Source: Anthoceros angustus
Lineage: Eukaryota > Plantae > Anthocerotophyta
NCBI GenBank assembly: GCA_010909165.1
Contig: MU008155.1
Coordinates: 2,356,001-2,420,000 of the forward strand
Direction: 5' to 3'
Length of the DNA stretch: 64,000 nt
Numbering within the stretch: the stretch's first letter is position 1; each line of letters begins with the position of its first letter. The notes beneath the pieces were generated by a model. The model was given only the letters and a program-made list of their open reading frames with translations. It was not told the DNA's origin and ran no database searches. Positions 50,060 to 63,276 of the stretch are shown here, in pieces. A program made the position numbers and the translations under genes.

Positions 50060-53000
50060 AAATGTGGCGCGACTTTTCTTGATGGCGGTAGCGCGCACAA
50101 TCCGTGTCGTTGTAGGAAGGAGTCCGTTCCCAAGGAATGGTCTCGTGCTTAATGCACTGAGCTCTGACCTATCGCTGAGCGGACTTCATCGGGTTGGGTC
50201 GGCTCCACAACCCCAAGTGTGTGCCCCTCCACAACTCGTCGGACGGTAGCGCGACCGGACCTTCCACAAACCCGCGGTTTCTCCGATCTAGGAGCAGGTT
50301 TAGCGGCCGCGTTCCATCGATCTCGTACTCTAGCGCCCGGCGCTCCTCAACTCTGTCCGGCCACAACTCCACCTCAACACACCGTAACACGACCCTTCTC
50401 CCTTATCCATTCCGGCTAGTAGTCACAACACCAACACGCCGATGTATTCACCGGGCCGCCTTTGCCTTCCGTTCTGCGGAGTAGCTGCGACTGCAACCCC
50501 ACGACCTCCGTTCAATGACCTCCAAGGATGGCTTCCGAGTCACCCCAAGCGCCTCCTAATCCCCTCAGCTTCCGTTTGCGGAGAAGTGGCTTCCTGACAC
50601 ATCCCCACCTCCGTTCAGCCTCGGCCTCAAGGATGGCTTCCGCCCAGTCGCTAGCGCCTCCTAATCCCCTCCGGGCCCGTTCGGATGGCTTGACTGCATC
50701 CCCACCTCGTTCAGGCCTCAAGGATGGCTTCCGTTCAGCCTCGATGGCTTCCGAGTCACCCCAGCGCCTCTAATCCCCTCAGGCTTCCGTTCAGCCTCGA
50801 TGGCTTCCCGTGCTAGCGCCTCCTAATCCTCCGGGCCTTCACGTTGGAGAAGTGGCCCCTGCATCCCCACCTCCGTTCAGGCCTCAAGGTTAGTCTCGCA
50901 CAGAAATCTGACCTATCGCTGAGCGGACTTCTCATCGAGTTGGGTCGGCTCCACAACCCCAAGTGTGTGCCCCTCCACAACTCGTCGGACGGTAGCGTGG
51001 ACCTTCCACAAACCCGCGGTTTCTCCGATCTAGGAGCAGGTTTAGCGGCCGCGTTCCATCGATCTCGTACTCTAGCGCCCGGCGCTCCTCAACTCTGTCG
51101 GCCACAACTCCACCTCAACACACCGTAACACGACCCTTCTCCCTTATCCATTCCGGCTAGTAGTCACAACACCAACACGCCGATGTATTCACACGGGCCG
51201 CCTTTGCCCCTTGTGCTTCCGTTACTGCGGAGTAGCTGCGACTGCAACCCCGGCCCGTTCAGTGACCTCAAGGATGGCTTCCGCCCGAGTCACCCCAAGC
51301 GCCTCCTAATCCCCTCGGGCACTTCACGTTGGAGAAGTGGCCCTGCATCCCCGACCTCCGTTCCGGTGACCTCAAGGATGGCTTCCGCCCGTGAGTCACC
51401 CCAGCGCCTCCTAATCCCCTCAGCTTCACGTTGGAGAAGTGGCTGCATCCCCGACCTCCGTTCAGGCCTCAAGGATGGCTTCCACAGAGTCGCCCCAGCG
51501 CCTCTAATCCCCTCCCTTCGTTCGAGCCGACTGCATCCCCGACCTCCGTTCAGGCCTCAAGGATGGCTTAGCTCGCGCCTCCTAATCCCCTCAGGCTTCC
51601 GTTGCGGAGAAGTGGCTTGACTGCATCCCCGACCTCCGTTCAGTGACCTCAAGGTTAGTCTACAGAAATCACCCATGAGCACCTCGAGCTCGAGTCCGAC
51701 CCAGTGCACCCATCAAGCGTGTTGGCGGAGCTCGTCACGAGCTCTAAACACATCCCTCTACCACCAATTAATCACGCGGTGGCGGGAACTCACTCGCTCC
51801 TCGAGCAGGCGAAACTTGCAGGCCTTGAAGATGGTACAGGATAATCGTCTTGGGCCGAGGCCTTCCTATATACTCCCATACCTAACCTAACCCGCCTATG
51901 TATGTATCCTAACCACACTATGTACCTAACCACAGGTCGTAGTAGCATGGGCAGCTCATCAACGCGGACTTCTTGCACCCCTTCCACGCCAAGCAGTAGA
52001 TCCATGCAGGCGTGCCCAAACTAAACCACCCGGCGAGACCACTCGTCGGACCTCGCCGGACGGACCACTCAATCGGACCTCGCCGGGCGGACCACTCCAT
52101 CGGACCTCGCCGGGCGGACCACTCCGTCGGACCTCGCCCGGATGACCACTCAATCGGACCTCGCCGGACGGACCACTCGTCGGACCTCGCCGGACCACTC
52201 CGTCGGACCTCCGCGGGCCAGTCTAGGATTGCACTCTAAGTGCAATCGGCCAATAGCCTTATTGGCTAACTCCTCCCTATCCCTCTTAGATGTGACCCAA
52301 AAAAAGCAAAACAAGGCGAGTACGGACGCCAGTTTGGCACTCCACATACTCCCCTTCTCATCTGTTGGCGGCCTCGCCAACACCCCAGGCAATACTCCGC
52401 TCTTTCCGTCGGACTCTCCCCTTCTCATCTTTTACTACCTCCTCAGGTGTCAGCAAGTCCGGCAACATTGGGAACCTTTTTTTACCAAGATTCATCCTCC
52501 GTTGAGGATGAGTCGCCCTCCTCCTCCGAGGTTGATGTGCCGTCCTCCCCAGCGCCCGTGCCCATCTTCTTTCTCCCTTTGAGCATGCTGGGCCTCCCGC
52601 TAGATTCGCACCCTCGTCAGGTCTGCATCCTCCCTATATACTCCACAAGCGACCATTACACCCATCCACCGCAATGGCGGCCGTCCTACTCCTACCTACT
52701 AACTCAGGCGGTCCACAACAATACCATTCCCGGCAGCGCCAAAATGTGGCGCGACTTCTTGATGGCCGGTAGGCGCGCACAATCCGTGTCGTTGTAGGAA
52801 GAGTCCGTTCCCAAGGGAATGGTCTCGTGCTTAATGCACTGAGCTCTGACTCGCTGAGCGGACTTCATCGAGGTTGGGTCCGTGGCTCCACAACCTAAGT
52901 GTGTGCCCCTCCACAACTCGTCGGACGGTAGCGCGCCGGACCTTCCACAAACCACGGTTCTCCGGTACTACGGAGCAGGTTTAGCAGCGCGTTCCCGTCG

Positions 53001-56000
53001 ATCTCGTACTCTAGCGCCCGGCGCTCCTCAACTCTGTCGGCCACAACTCCACCTCAACACACACGCGTAACCGACCCTTCTCCCTTATCCATTCCGGCTA
53101 GTAGTCACAACACCAACACGCGATGTATTCACACGGGCCGCCTTTGCCGCTTCACGTTGCGGAGAAGTGGCTTCACTGCATCCCCGACCTCCGTTCGGCC
53201 TCAAGGATGGCTTCCGCCCGGTCAGCGCCTAATCCTCGGTGCTTCACGTTGCGGAGAAGTGGCCGCGGCTGCATCCCCAGCCTCGTTCAGTGACCTCAAG
53301 GATGGCTTCCGCCCTGAGTCACCCCAGCGCCTCCTAATCCCCCGGCTTCGCCACGGAGAAGTGGCTTCACTGCATCCCCGACCTCCGTTCCACCTCAAGG
53401 ATGGCTTCCGAGTCACCCCAGCGCCTCTAATCCCCTCAGGGCCTTCACGTTGGAGAAGTGGCTTCATGACTGCATCCCCACCTCCGTTCCGGCCTCCAAG
53501 GATGGCTTCCGCCCAGTGCCGCGCCTCCTAATCCCCTCAAGCTTCACGTTGCGGAGAAGTGGCTTCACTGCATCCACATCTGACCTCCGTTCCGGCCTCA
53601 AGGATGGCTTCCATGATGTCGCTAGCGCCTCTAATCCCCTCCACTTCACGTTGCGGAGTCATGACTGCATCCCCGACCTCCGTTCAGCCTCAAGGTTAGT
53701 CTACTTTTAGAAATCACCCATGAGCACCTCACGAGCTCGAGTCCGACCCAGTGCACCCATCAAGCGTGTTGGCGGAGCTCGTCACGAGCTCTAAACACAT
53801 CCCTCTACCACCAATTAATCCTGCGGTGGCGGGAACTCACTCGCTCCTCGAGCACGGAAGGCAAAACACCACAGGCCGAAGATGGTACGAGATAGTGCGT
53901 CTTGGGCCGGGCCTTCCTATATACTCCCATACCTAACCTAACCCGCCTATGTATGTATCCTAACCACACTATGTATGTACCCTAACTAACCACAGGTGTG
54001 GCCGGGACGTAGCTCATCAACTGCGCGGACTTCTTGCAGTTGCTTCCCCCAGCAGTAGATCCATGCCGAGCGTGCCACCAAACTAAACCACCGGCGAGAC
54101 CACTCCATCGGACTTGGGACGGACCACTCCGTCGGACCTCTCGGCAGACCACTCCATCGGACCTCGCCGGGCAGACCACTCCGTCGGACCTCGCCCGGAT
54201 GACCACTCGTCGGACCTCGCCGGACGGACCACTCGTCGGACCTCGCCGGACCACTCCGTCCTCCAGCGGATAGGGTCTAGGGATTGCACTCTAAGTGCAA
54301 TCGGCGAAATGGCCTTATTGGCTAACTCCTCCCTATCCCTCTTATGATGTGACCCAAAAAAGCAAAACAAGCCGCCAGAGTCGGACGCCAGTTTGGCACT
54401 CCACATACTCCCTTCTCATACATTGGCGGCCCTGCAACACCCCAGGCAATACTCGCTCTTTCCGTGGACTCTCCCTTCGGCTTTTACTACCTCCTCGGTG
54501 TCGGCCAAGTCCGGCAACATTGGGAACCTTTTTACCAAAGATTCATCCTCCGTTGAGGATGAGTCGCCCTCCTCCTCAGGGTTGATGTGCCTCCTCCCAG
54601 TGCCCATCTTCTTTCTCCCTTTGAGCATCTTTGGGCCTCCCGCTAGATTCGCACCCTCGGCGTCCGGTCCTGCATCCTCCCTATACATATACTCCTGGCG
54701 CGACCATTACACCCATCCACAGCACTTGCGGCGGCCGTCCTACTCCTACCTACTAACTCAGCGGTCCAACAATACCATTCCCAGGCGCCAAAATGTGGCG
54801 CGACTTTCTTTGATGGCCGGTAGGCGCGCACAATCCGTGTCGTTGTAGGAAGGAGTTCCCGAGGAATGGTCTCGTGCTTATTGCACGAGCTCTGACTATC
54901 GCTGAGCGGACTTCATCGAGGTTGGGTCGTGGCTCCACAACCCTAAGTGTGTGCCCCTCCCTCGTCGGACCTCGCCGGACCTCGCCGGACCTTCCACAAA
55001 CCACCGGATTTCTCGTACTGGAGAGGTTTAACGGCGCGTTCCGCGTCGATCTCGTACTCTAAGCGCCGCTCCTCAACTCTGTCGGCCACAACTCCACCTC
55101 AACACACGCAGTAACACGACCCTTCTCCCATCCATTTGACTAGTAGTCACAACACCAACACGCGATGTATTCACGGGCCGCCTTTTATGCTTCCGTTCTG
55201 CGGAGTAGCGACTGCAACCCTGACCCGTTCCGGCCTCAAGGATGGCTTCCGAGGTCACCCCAGCGCCTCCTAATCCCCTCAGCTTCACGTTCTGCGGAGA
55301 AGGAACCCGCTCCCCCGACCTCCGTTCCGGCCTCAAGGATGGCTTCAGTCCGCCTCCTAATCCTCAGGGCCTTCACGTTCTGCGGAGAAGTGGCTTGACT
55401 GCATCCCCACCTCCGTTCCGCCTCCAAGGATGGCTTCCATGATGGCCCAGCGCCTCTAATCCTCAGGGCCTTCACGTTCTGCGGAGAAGTGGCTTGACTG
55501 CATCCCCACCTCCGTTCCGGCCTCAAGGATGGCTTCATGACCCAGCGCCCCAGCGCCTCCTAATCCTCAGGGCCTTCACGTTCTGCGGAGAAGTGGCTTG
55601 ACTGCATCCGACCTCCGTTCCAGTGACCTCAAGGTTAGTCTACTTTTAGAAATCACTTGAGCACCTCGAGCTCGAGTCAGCCCGATGCACCCATCAGCGT
55701 GTTGGCGGGCTGGTCGCGAGCTCTAAACACATCCCTCTACCACCAATTAATCACTGCGGTGGCGGGAACTCACTCCGCTCCTCGAGCACAGGCAAAACAC
55801 CACAGGCGCGAAGATGGTACGGAATATGCGTCTTGGGCGCGAGCCTTCCTATACTCCCATACCTAACCTAACCGCCTATGTATGTATCCTAACCACACTG
55901 TATGTACCCTAACCTGGTCGTAATCACGGCGTAGCTCATCAACCGGCAGGACTTCTTGCACCACCCTTAAGCAGTAGATCCATGCCGCGTGCCACCAAAC

Positions 56001-56341
56001 TAAACCACCGGCGAGACCACTCGTCGGACCTCGCCGGACGGACCACTCCGTCGGACCTCGCCCGGACGGACCACTCCGTCGGACCTCGCCCGGACGGACC
56101 ACTCCGTCGGACCTCGCCCGGACGGACCACTCCGTCGGACCTCGCCGGACGGACCACTCCGTCGGACCTCGCCCGGACGGACCACTCCGTCCTCCAACGG
56201 ACCGAGGGTCTAGGGATTGCACTGTAAGTGCAATCTGGCCGGAAATGGCCTTATTGGCTAACTCCTCCCTATCCCTCTTAGATGTGACCCAAAAAAGCAA
56301 AACAAACAGCCAAATCGGACCGGTTGGCACTCCACAATATA

Positions 56342-56534
56342 CACGGCCGAGTGAGTTATGGCATCGAGTTGAGAATGCGAAACTTACTCAACTATATCAA
56401 ATGCTATTAAACATTGTTTCGTCTTACCTTGGAACTTCCAAGCTAAAGACCCTTCCGGACCGCTTTCTAAGTATACCTTGAACGTGCCTAAACCTCACTT
56501 TGATCAGCCGTCTAAGACCCCCATCTCCACAACA
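56342..56534 (-). mobile_element. Ty1/copia LTR, upstream part, with adjacent PPT
   Basis: Minus-strand AGGGGAG|TGTTGTGGAG (PPT 56535-56541). Matches 60221-60373. Confidence 0.7.
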
Positions 56535-56829
56535 CTCCCCTGTTCGATCCGAGTTCTTCGTTCTCGCCGCCATGGCGTCCATCGTGCATGCTTCTCTCGT
56601 GTTCCTCGGCATCCTCTCGACCATCTGGTGGCTTCTCAAGCTCGCGACTCACACGATCTCATGAGCCAAAATTGAAAGCCTCGAGCTGGAGTAGCGAGCC
56701 ACAGATCGAAAAGAGCGCGGTGTTCAACGCAAGAGCCGCTTGCGGTCGGCCCAAGATGCATGGCGGGCGTAAGTATAGAAAGGTTTAGAATTGCGAACTC
56801 CAACCTTTGCCTCCGGATGGCGGTGAGAA

Positions 56830-57700
56830 GAGCTTATGAAGAGTGGTGATCAAGGTGTCGGCAGTCAACGTCTTCCCTCAAGGTTGGCCAGGGAGCTCGA
56901 GCTCCATCACCCGGATAAGCTTCCTTGCTCGGTGGTCCTATACCTCTTACATGCTTCTCGTGGAGTACCTTGGGTGCCTTGGTGGCAGTCGATTTGTTAT
57001 CGCCAAGATCGACATCATGGCTTAAGCTCGCAACCACATGGGATGAAATGGTGTTGTATCTCCACATGTTTGGTCCTTGTGTGCGGTTGGGTTGTAGGTC
57101 ATGGCAATTGCATCGATGAGTGCATAGTAGTTTGGTTGGTTGATCCTGCTCCTCCGGATGTCGCCAGAATTGTCGAATCCAAGGAATCTCCTTTGCCGCT
57201 AGGAAGTTCTTTGCATACTCCGCCGGTGGAGGGCACAGCGCAAGCAATTGCATCCCGGAGACTAACCCGTTGTTGAGGATCATGCGATGGTCAGTAGACT
57301 TGCGTGCATCCGGATCTCACCGGATGCATTTGAGTAGGAGGTTAACTAGTACAAGCTTCTTTGGAAGTGGTGTTTTGTATACAAGTCCAAGGGATTTGCA
57401 GCCCTTCAAGTAGCGGAGGATGCGCTTGACGCTAGTCGGCTCTCCCATGGTTGGAGAGGTATCTTGATGCAATATTCACACCGTGACATGTCCGGCCCGG
57501 TCCACATTGCCAAATAGAGTAGGCTAGCCGCCAGCCTCATTGAGGGGCACTTGGGACATCTCATGAGCTTTTTACGGGTGGGGTCATCGGATAGCTTCTC
57601 GCCGGAAGCAATAGGAGTGGACGGGCTTGGCATCGCTTCAATCTCTCTCCGGGTCGACGCGGTGTCACACGGATGAACAGGCCGCAGAATTATGCATGAC
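56830..57700 (-). pseudogene. Ty1/copia pol remnant (RT C-terminus + RNase H), copy 1
   Basis: SLLYLAMW..PD; KRILRYL; AEY...AAKEI.WIRQ; EQDQPTKLLC; AIAMTYNP.AH..TKHVEIQ.HFI; KVLHEKHVRGIG. Many indels. Confidence 0.85.
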
Positions 57701-58479
57701 GCGAGGCGTCGGGTCCCTTGAGTGCCGACGGTGCAATGATTACCTACGTGATTGTAAGGTGGTGTTTAGTTGCTAGCTTGCACACTAATAGCAAGTTCTT
57801 GGTCATTGCAGTGCCGTGGAGGCCATGGTGGTGGCGACTCTCCATCTTCCCTTCCCTTCCCTATACGATGGCTTCACGATAAGCTCACATGCATAGAATA
57901 AATATTATTTTGATAAATTAAAATAATGTACAGATATAAACTAATATTTACATAAATAATGAATATTACTATTTTCATTTAGATATTATAAACTTAATCA
58001 GATTGTACTATAATAAATACTAAAATACAATATAGTAACCCTTTACCTATTGAAAACTTATTTAATAATCTATTAATAAATAAAATCTCAAACTCATCGA
58101 AATATGGGACATGGGGCATGGAACTCGTTTTTCTATTTGGGCTATATATGTATGTGAGCCCCACCATCTATATTCAAACATGATATATCCAATCTCATTG
58201 TATGATAAAGAATACTATGGGACATAGTGCATGGAACCCATTTTTCCTATTTGGGCTATATATGTGAGCCCCACTATATTCAAACATCATATATCCAATC
58301 TTGATGTATGCTAAAGAATATCATTATCACCCATTCTTTTGAATTTTATTAGAATGTTTAGTTTTCTCATCGGTTCTCTCTTGAGGTTATCATTAGTTTG
58401 ATCTTTGTAGAGTTACCTATCCATATTCCTTTGGGTTCTTTCTTTATTCTTATTTGCCTTTGGTCCTTTCTAGTCTATT

Positions 58480-59836
58480 ATGGCTAATGATGATGCTCCC
58501 GTTAGCGTTGTACCTTACACATGGGTGGGCAGTTCCTAGAATCGGATGCCCACATTGGTTTCTACATTGAAGACGCAAGGAAGCATGAGGATGAGGTGGT
58601 GACGCTCCTTCCTTACCTTGGAACTTCCAAGCTAAAGACCCTTCCGGACCGCTTTCTAAGTATACCTTGAAGTTGGTAGACGTGGTCGATTTGATCATGG
58701 AAGTCAAGCAAAGAAGACCTCAACCACGCCTCCCACCATGGTCGATCTAGAAAGGATGATGACGATGGTGGGCACCACCATCCCTAAGGCGCAACAAAAT
58801 AGCGCGACAGTGAAGAGGCGTCGGCTTTAAGCATGGTGATGGAGGAGGTCCGGACCACGGTATCACGGAGTGCATTGGCATTCTATTCACAAGTCGTATA
58901 ATGTGTATCCGATGGCACGCTACCGACTCACAACAAGAAGTTCCACCAGTTCATTTGGGGCGATTCGAAAAGGACATAGATGCACCGGTTAAGGACTTGG
59001 TGCAAATCAAGTTGTTTTATGTGGCTGGCGTCAATACAGTGAAGCTCAACTTCAAAGATCCCGCATCCTTAGAGACATATCTCAGGCACCTGCGACGGAT
59101 TGGGTGGCCATCACAGTTGGCGAGGAAGTAATAGGGTTTGTGAGGATGGAAGTTCAACAAAGCGCAAATTCTTCTCCGTAGTGCATGCGGAGGCCTTCCA
59201 CATGGTGTGTATATCGAGAAGAAGAGATGAAACAATGCATGTGCCAAAAGATGTAGGGAGACCACATATGAGGCTTTCGTTTTGAGACAGTCAAATAGGT
59301 ATGCAGTCCAAGTTGTTGAGGTTGAGGGGCACACCATTCTAGCACCAAAACCTACAATTGTTGGTATAAAAAGAGGAAAATTTGGAAAAGCATCGTAGTA
59401 AAGGCGATCATAATGGGGCATATGATACCAAGGAGCTCAATCATCCCCTCAGTTATTTGGTTGAGCTTGAGCTTCGTTCCAGTTGGGTAGCTACCTGCAT
59501 AGGTGAGAAGTGCCGCTCGGCTCTCAGCTGCGCAGAAGAAATCCTTGGTTCATCCATCCATCCTAATCCGAATACAAGAAAGTACTCTAGCGCCGAGCTC
59601 ACAAGAAAGTATTTGGCGCCTTCAAACTCACGGACCAATACTTTAGTGCCTTCCAACTCACAGGATAATAGTCTAGCGCCTTCAAACTCACGGGACCCAT
59701 ACTCTCGCCTTCCAACTTACGAGGATAATACTCTAGCGCCTTCAAACTCATAGAAAAATATTCTAGTGCCTTCCAACTCATGGATAATACTCTAGCGCCT
59801 TCAAACTCACGTAAAATATATTTGGCTCCTTCTTAG
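58480..59836 (+). pseudogene. Unknown MANDD... ORF, copy 2, frameshifted as assembled
   Basis: Near-identical to 36684-38077. Includes KDPASLETYLRHLRRIGWPSQ, KRKFFSVVHAEAFHMVC and NTLAPSNS repeats. Confidence 0.55.
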
Positions 59837-59842
59837 ATCCAT

Positions 59843-60373
59843 TGTTAAATACTCTAACGCCCGGACTCACACTAGGGAGTTCAACACGTCATGGCTCACT
59901 CACCTTTGGGAGGTCACTATGTGAGAAACTTTGCAGCAATTGGAGCAACATAAGTCGCCAAGGAGTGTGGATCGCATTGGGAGAGGGAAAAGGGCATGAG
60001 GATCGGAGACAGAAGGGAAGGAAAGAGAGAGGTATGTAGAGAAGATATGGGTGAAAAAGGATAACATGAGAAAACAATATAAATATGGAAGATGAAGAAG
60101 GGGAAAATGGGAAAATGGGAAGGAGAAACAAAAGAAATGAGAGGATATGGAGAAATAGTAAAGAATCTTCCTCTTGAGCGAGGAATGTTTTATTGAAAGG
60201 CAAAAAAAATGGTATATATACACGGCCGAGTGAGTTGTATGCGTCATCGTGATTGAGAATGCCGAAACTTACTCAACTATATCAAATGCTATTAAACATT
60301 GTTTTACGTCTTACCTTGCGAACGTGCCTAAACCTCACTTTGATCAACGTCTAAGACCCCCATCTCCACAACA
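59843..60373 (-). mobile_element. Uninterrupted Ty1/copia LTR (531 bp)
   Basis: Minus-strand TGTTG...TAACA with PPT AGGGGAG before it, TATATATA at 60213-60220 and AATAAA at 60189-60194. Confidence 0.75.
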
Positions 60374-61089
60374 CTCCCCTCGTTCGATCCGGTTCTTCGT
60401 TCTCGCCGCCATGACGTCCATCGTGCATGCTTCTCTGCACTGCCTCAAGCATCCTCTCGACCATCCGGTGGCTTCTCAAGCTCGCGACTCACACGATCTC
60501 GCTATGAGCCAAAATTGAAAGCCTCGAGCAAGCGGAGTAGCAGGCAGATCCAAAAAGGCGTGATGTTCGAACACGCAAGAGCCGCTCGGCCATAAGATGC
60601 ATGGCGGGCGTAAGTATAGAAAGGTTTAGAATTGCGAACTCCAACCTTTGCCTCCGGATGACGGTGAGAAGAGCTTATGAAGAGTGGTGATCAAGGTGTC
60701 TTGGCGAGTCAACGTCTTCCCTCAAGGTTCGCCGAGGGAGCTCGAGCTCCATCACCCGGATAAGCTTCCTTGCTCTTAGTCCTATACCTCTTACATGCTT
60801 CTCTGCACTGCCCTCGGCATCCTCTCGACCATCCGGTGGCTTCTCAAGCTCGCGACTCACACGATCTCATCTGCCATGAGCCAAAATTGAAAGCCTCGAG
60901 CAAGCTGGAGTAGCCGCACGATCCGAAAAGAGCGCAATGTTCAACACGCAAGAGCTTGCTAAGGCCGGCCCAGATGCATGGCGGGCGTAAGTATAGAAAG
61001 GTTTAGAATCACGAACTCCAACCTTTGCCTCCGGATGGCGGTGAGAAGAGCTTATGAAGAGTGGTGATCAGCTGCCAAGGTAAGTCAAC

Positions 61090-61990
61090 GCCTTCCCTCA
61101 AGGTTCGCCGAGGAGCTCGAGCTCCATCACCCGGATAAGCTTCCTTGCTCGAGTCCTATACCTCTTACATGCTCGTGGAGTACCTTGTGCCTTGGTGAGC
61201 AGTCGGTTGTTATCGCCAAGATGTCGACATCATGTGCCCAAGCTCGCTTATGAGCAACCACATGGGATGAAATGGTGTTGTATCTCCACATGTTTGGTCC
61301 TTGTGTGCGGTTGGGTTGTAGGTCATGGCAATTGCATGCGATGGTCGCATAGTAGTTTGGTTGGTTGATCCCGCTCCTCCGGATGTCGCTTCGGGGTGAA
61401 TCCAAGGAATCTCCTTTTGCCGCTAGGGAAGTTCGCATACTCCGCCCGGTGGAGGACAGGCACAGTCTGCAATTGCATCCCGGAGACTAACCCGTTGTTG
61501 AGGATCATGCGATGAGGCTGCAGTAGACTTGCGTGCATCCGGATCTCCCCCGACTGCATTTGAGTAGGAGGTTAACTAGTACAAGCTTCTTGGAAGTGGT
61601 GTTTTTGTATACAAGTCCAAGGATTTGCAGCCCTTCAAGTAGCGGAGGATGCGCTTGACGCTAGTCCGTGGGCTCTCCCATGGTTGGAGAGGTATCTTGA
61701 TGCAATATTCACCTGTGACATGTCGGCTGGTCCACATTGCCAAATAGAGTAGGCTAGCCGCCTCAGAGGGCACTTGGGACATCTCATGAGCTTCTTGAGT
61801 TGTGGGGCGATCGGATAGCTTCTGGAAGCAATAGGAGTGGAGACGGGCTTGGCATCGCTCGGCTTCAATCTCTCCGTGCGGTCGACGCGCGGTGTCCCCG
61901 ACGGATGAACAGGCGCGCGGCGGGTGTGCATGAACCGCACATCGAGAGTCGAAGGGGTCCCTTGAGTGCCGACGGTGCAATGATTACCTC
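61090..61990 (-). pseudogene. Ty1/copia pol remnant, copy 2
   Basis: DAKPVSTPIAS; EAHEMSQVP; SLLYLAMW; VKRILRYLKG; RNase H motifs as in copy 1. Confidence 0.85.
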
Positions 61991-63276
61991 GAAAGTGATT
62001 GTAAGGTGGTGTTTAGTTGCTAGCTTGCACACTAATAGCAAGTTCTTGGTCATTGCAGCACGTGGAGACGCCATTAATGGTGAGCGGCTCTCCATCTTCC
62101 CTTCCCTTCCCTATACGATGGCTTCACGATAAGCTCACATGCATAGAATAAATATTATTTTGATAAATTAAAATAATGTACAGATATAAACTAATATTTA
62201 CATAAATCATGAATATTACTATTTTCATTTAGATATTATAAACTTAATCAGATTGTACTATAATAAATACTAAAATACAATATAGTAACCCTTTACCTAT
62301 TGAAAAACTTATTTAATAATCTATTAATAAATAAAATCTCAAACTCATCGAAATATGGGACATGGGGCATGGAACTCGTTTTTCTATTTGGGCTATATAT
62401 GTATGTGAGCCCCACCATCTATATTCAAACATGATATATCCAATCTCATTGTATGATAAAGAATACTATGGGACATAGTGCATGAACCACATCGAGAGCG
62501 TCTCAAGGGGTCCCTTGAGTGCCGGTGCAATGATTACCTCGAAAGTGATTGTAAGGTGGTGTTTAGTTGCTAGCTTGCACACTAATAGCAAGTTCTTGGT
62601 CATTGCAGCACGTGGAGGCGCCATTAATGGTGAGCGCTCTTCCCTTCCCTTCCCTATACGATGGCTTCACGATAAGCTCACATGCATAGAATAAATATTA
62701 TTTTGATAAATTAAAATAATGTACAGATATAAACTAATATTTACATAAATCATGAATATTACTATTTTCATTTAGATATTATAAACTTAATCAGATTGTA
62801 CTATAATAAATACTAAAATACAATATAGTAACCCTTTACCTATTGAAAAACTTATTTAATAATCTATTAATAAATAAAATCTCAAACTCATCGAAATATG
62901 GGACATGGGGCATGGAACTCGTTTTTCTATTTGGGCTATATATGTATGTGAGCCCCACCATCTATATTCAAACATGATATATCCAATCTCATTGTATGAT
63001 AAAGAATACTATGGGACATAGTGCATGAACCCATTTTTCCTATTTGGGCTATATATGTATGTGAGCCCCACTATATTCAAACATCATATATCCAATCTTG
63101 ATGTATGCTAAAGAATATCATTATCACCCATTCTTTTGAATTTTATTAGAATGTTTAGTTTTCTCATCGGTTCTCTCTTGAGGTTATCATTAGTTTGATC
63201 TTTGTAGAGTTACCTATCCATATTCCTTTGGGTTCTTTCTTTATTCTTATTTGCCTTTGGTCCTTTCTAGTCTATT

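Larger units (their letters stand above)
38463..56336 (-). mobile_element. Tandem chain of a non-autonomous LTR retroelement: 9 LTRs (~1.5-1.65 kb; the 7th longer through internal duplication) and 8 internal segments (~0.4 kb)
   Basis: Termini TGTGG...CCACA, with ATATA at 38458-38462 and 56337-56341. LTR left ends at 38463, 40428, 42447, 44325, 46207, 48115, 50063, 52745 and 54794. Each internal segment has a PBS (minus TTTTGGCGC...) and a PPT (minus ATGAGAAGGGAGTA). No gag or pol detected. Confidence 0.85.

Noticed and set aside
56014-56190. CRISPR-like array (27-28-bp repeats; also the 30-bp and 62-bp repeats)
   Set aside because: The repeats are head-to-tail with no unique spacers, there are no cas genes, and the context is eukaryotic.
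38500-56300. Dozens of 60-200-aa ORFs in the ORF track inside the LTR chain
   Set aside because: They are translations of GC-rich sub-repeats, frames differ between copies, and no gag/pol motifs are present.
38463-56336. rDNA intergenic spacer, 5S array or Cassandra-type TRIM
   Set aside because: No 18S/5.8S/25S or 5S sequence is recognisable in the unit; the TG..CA ends, PBS, PPT and TSD fit an LTR element.
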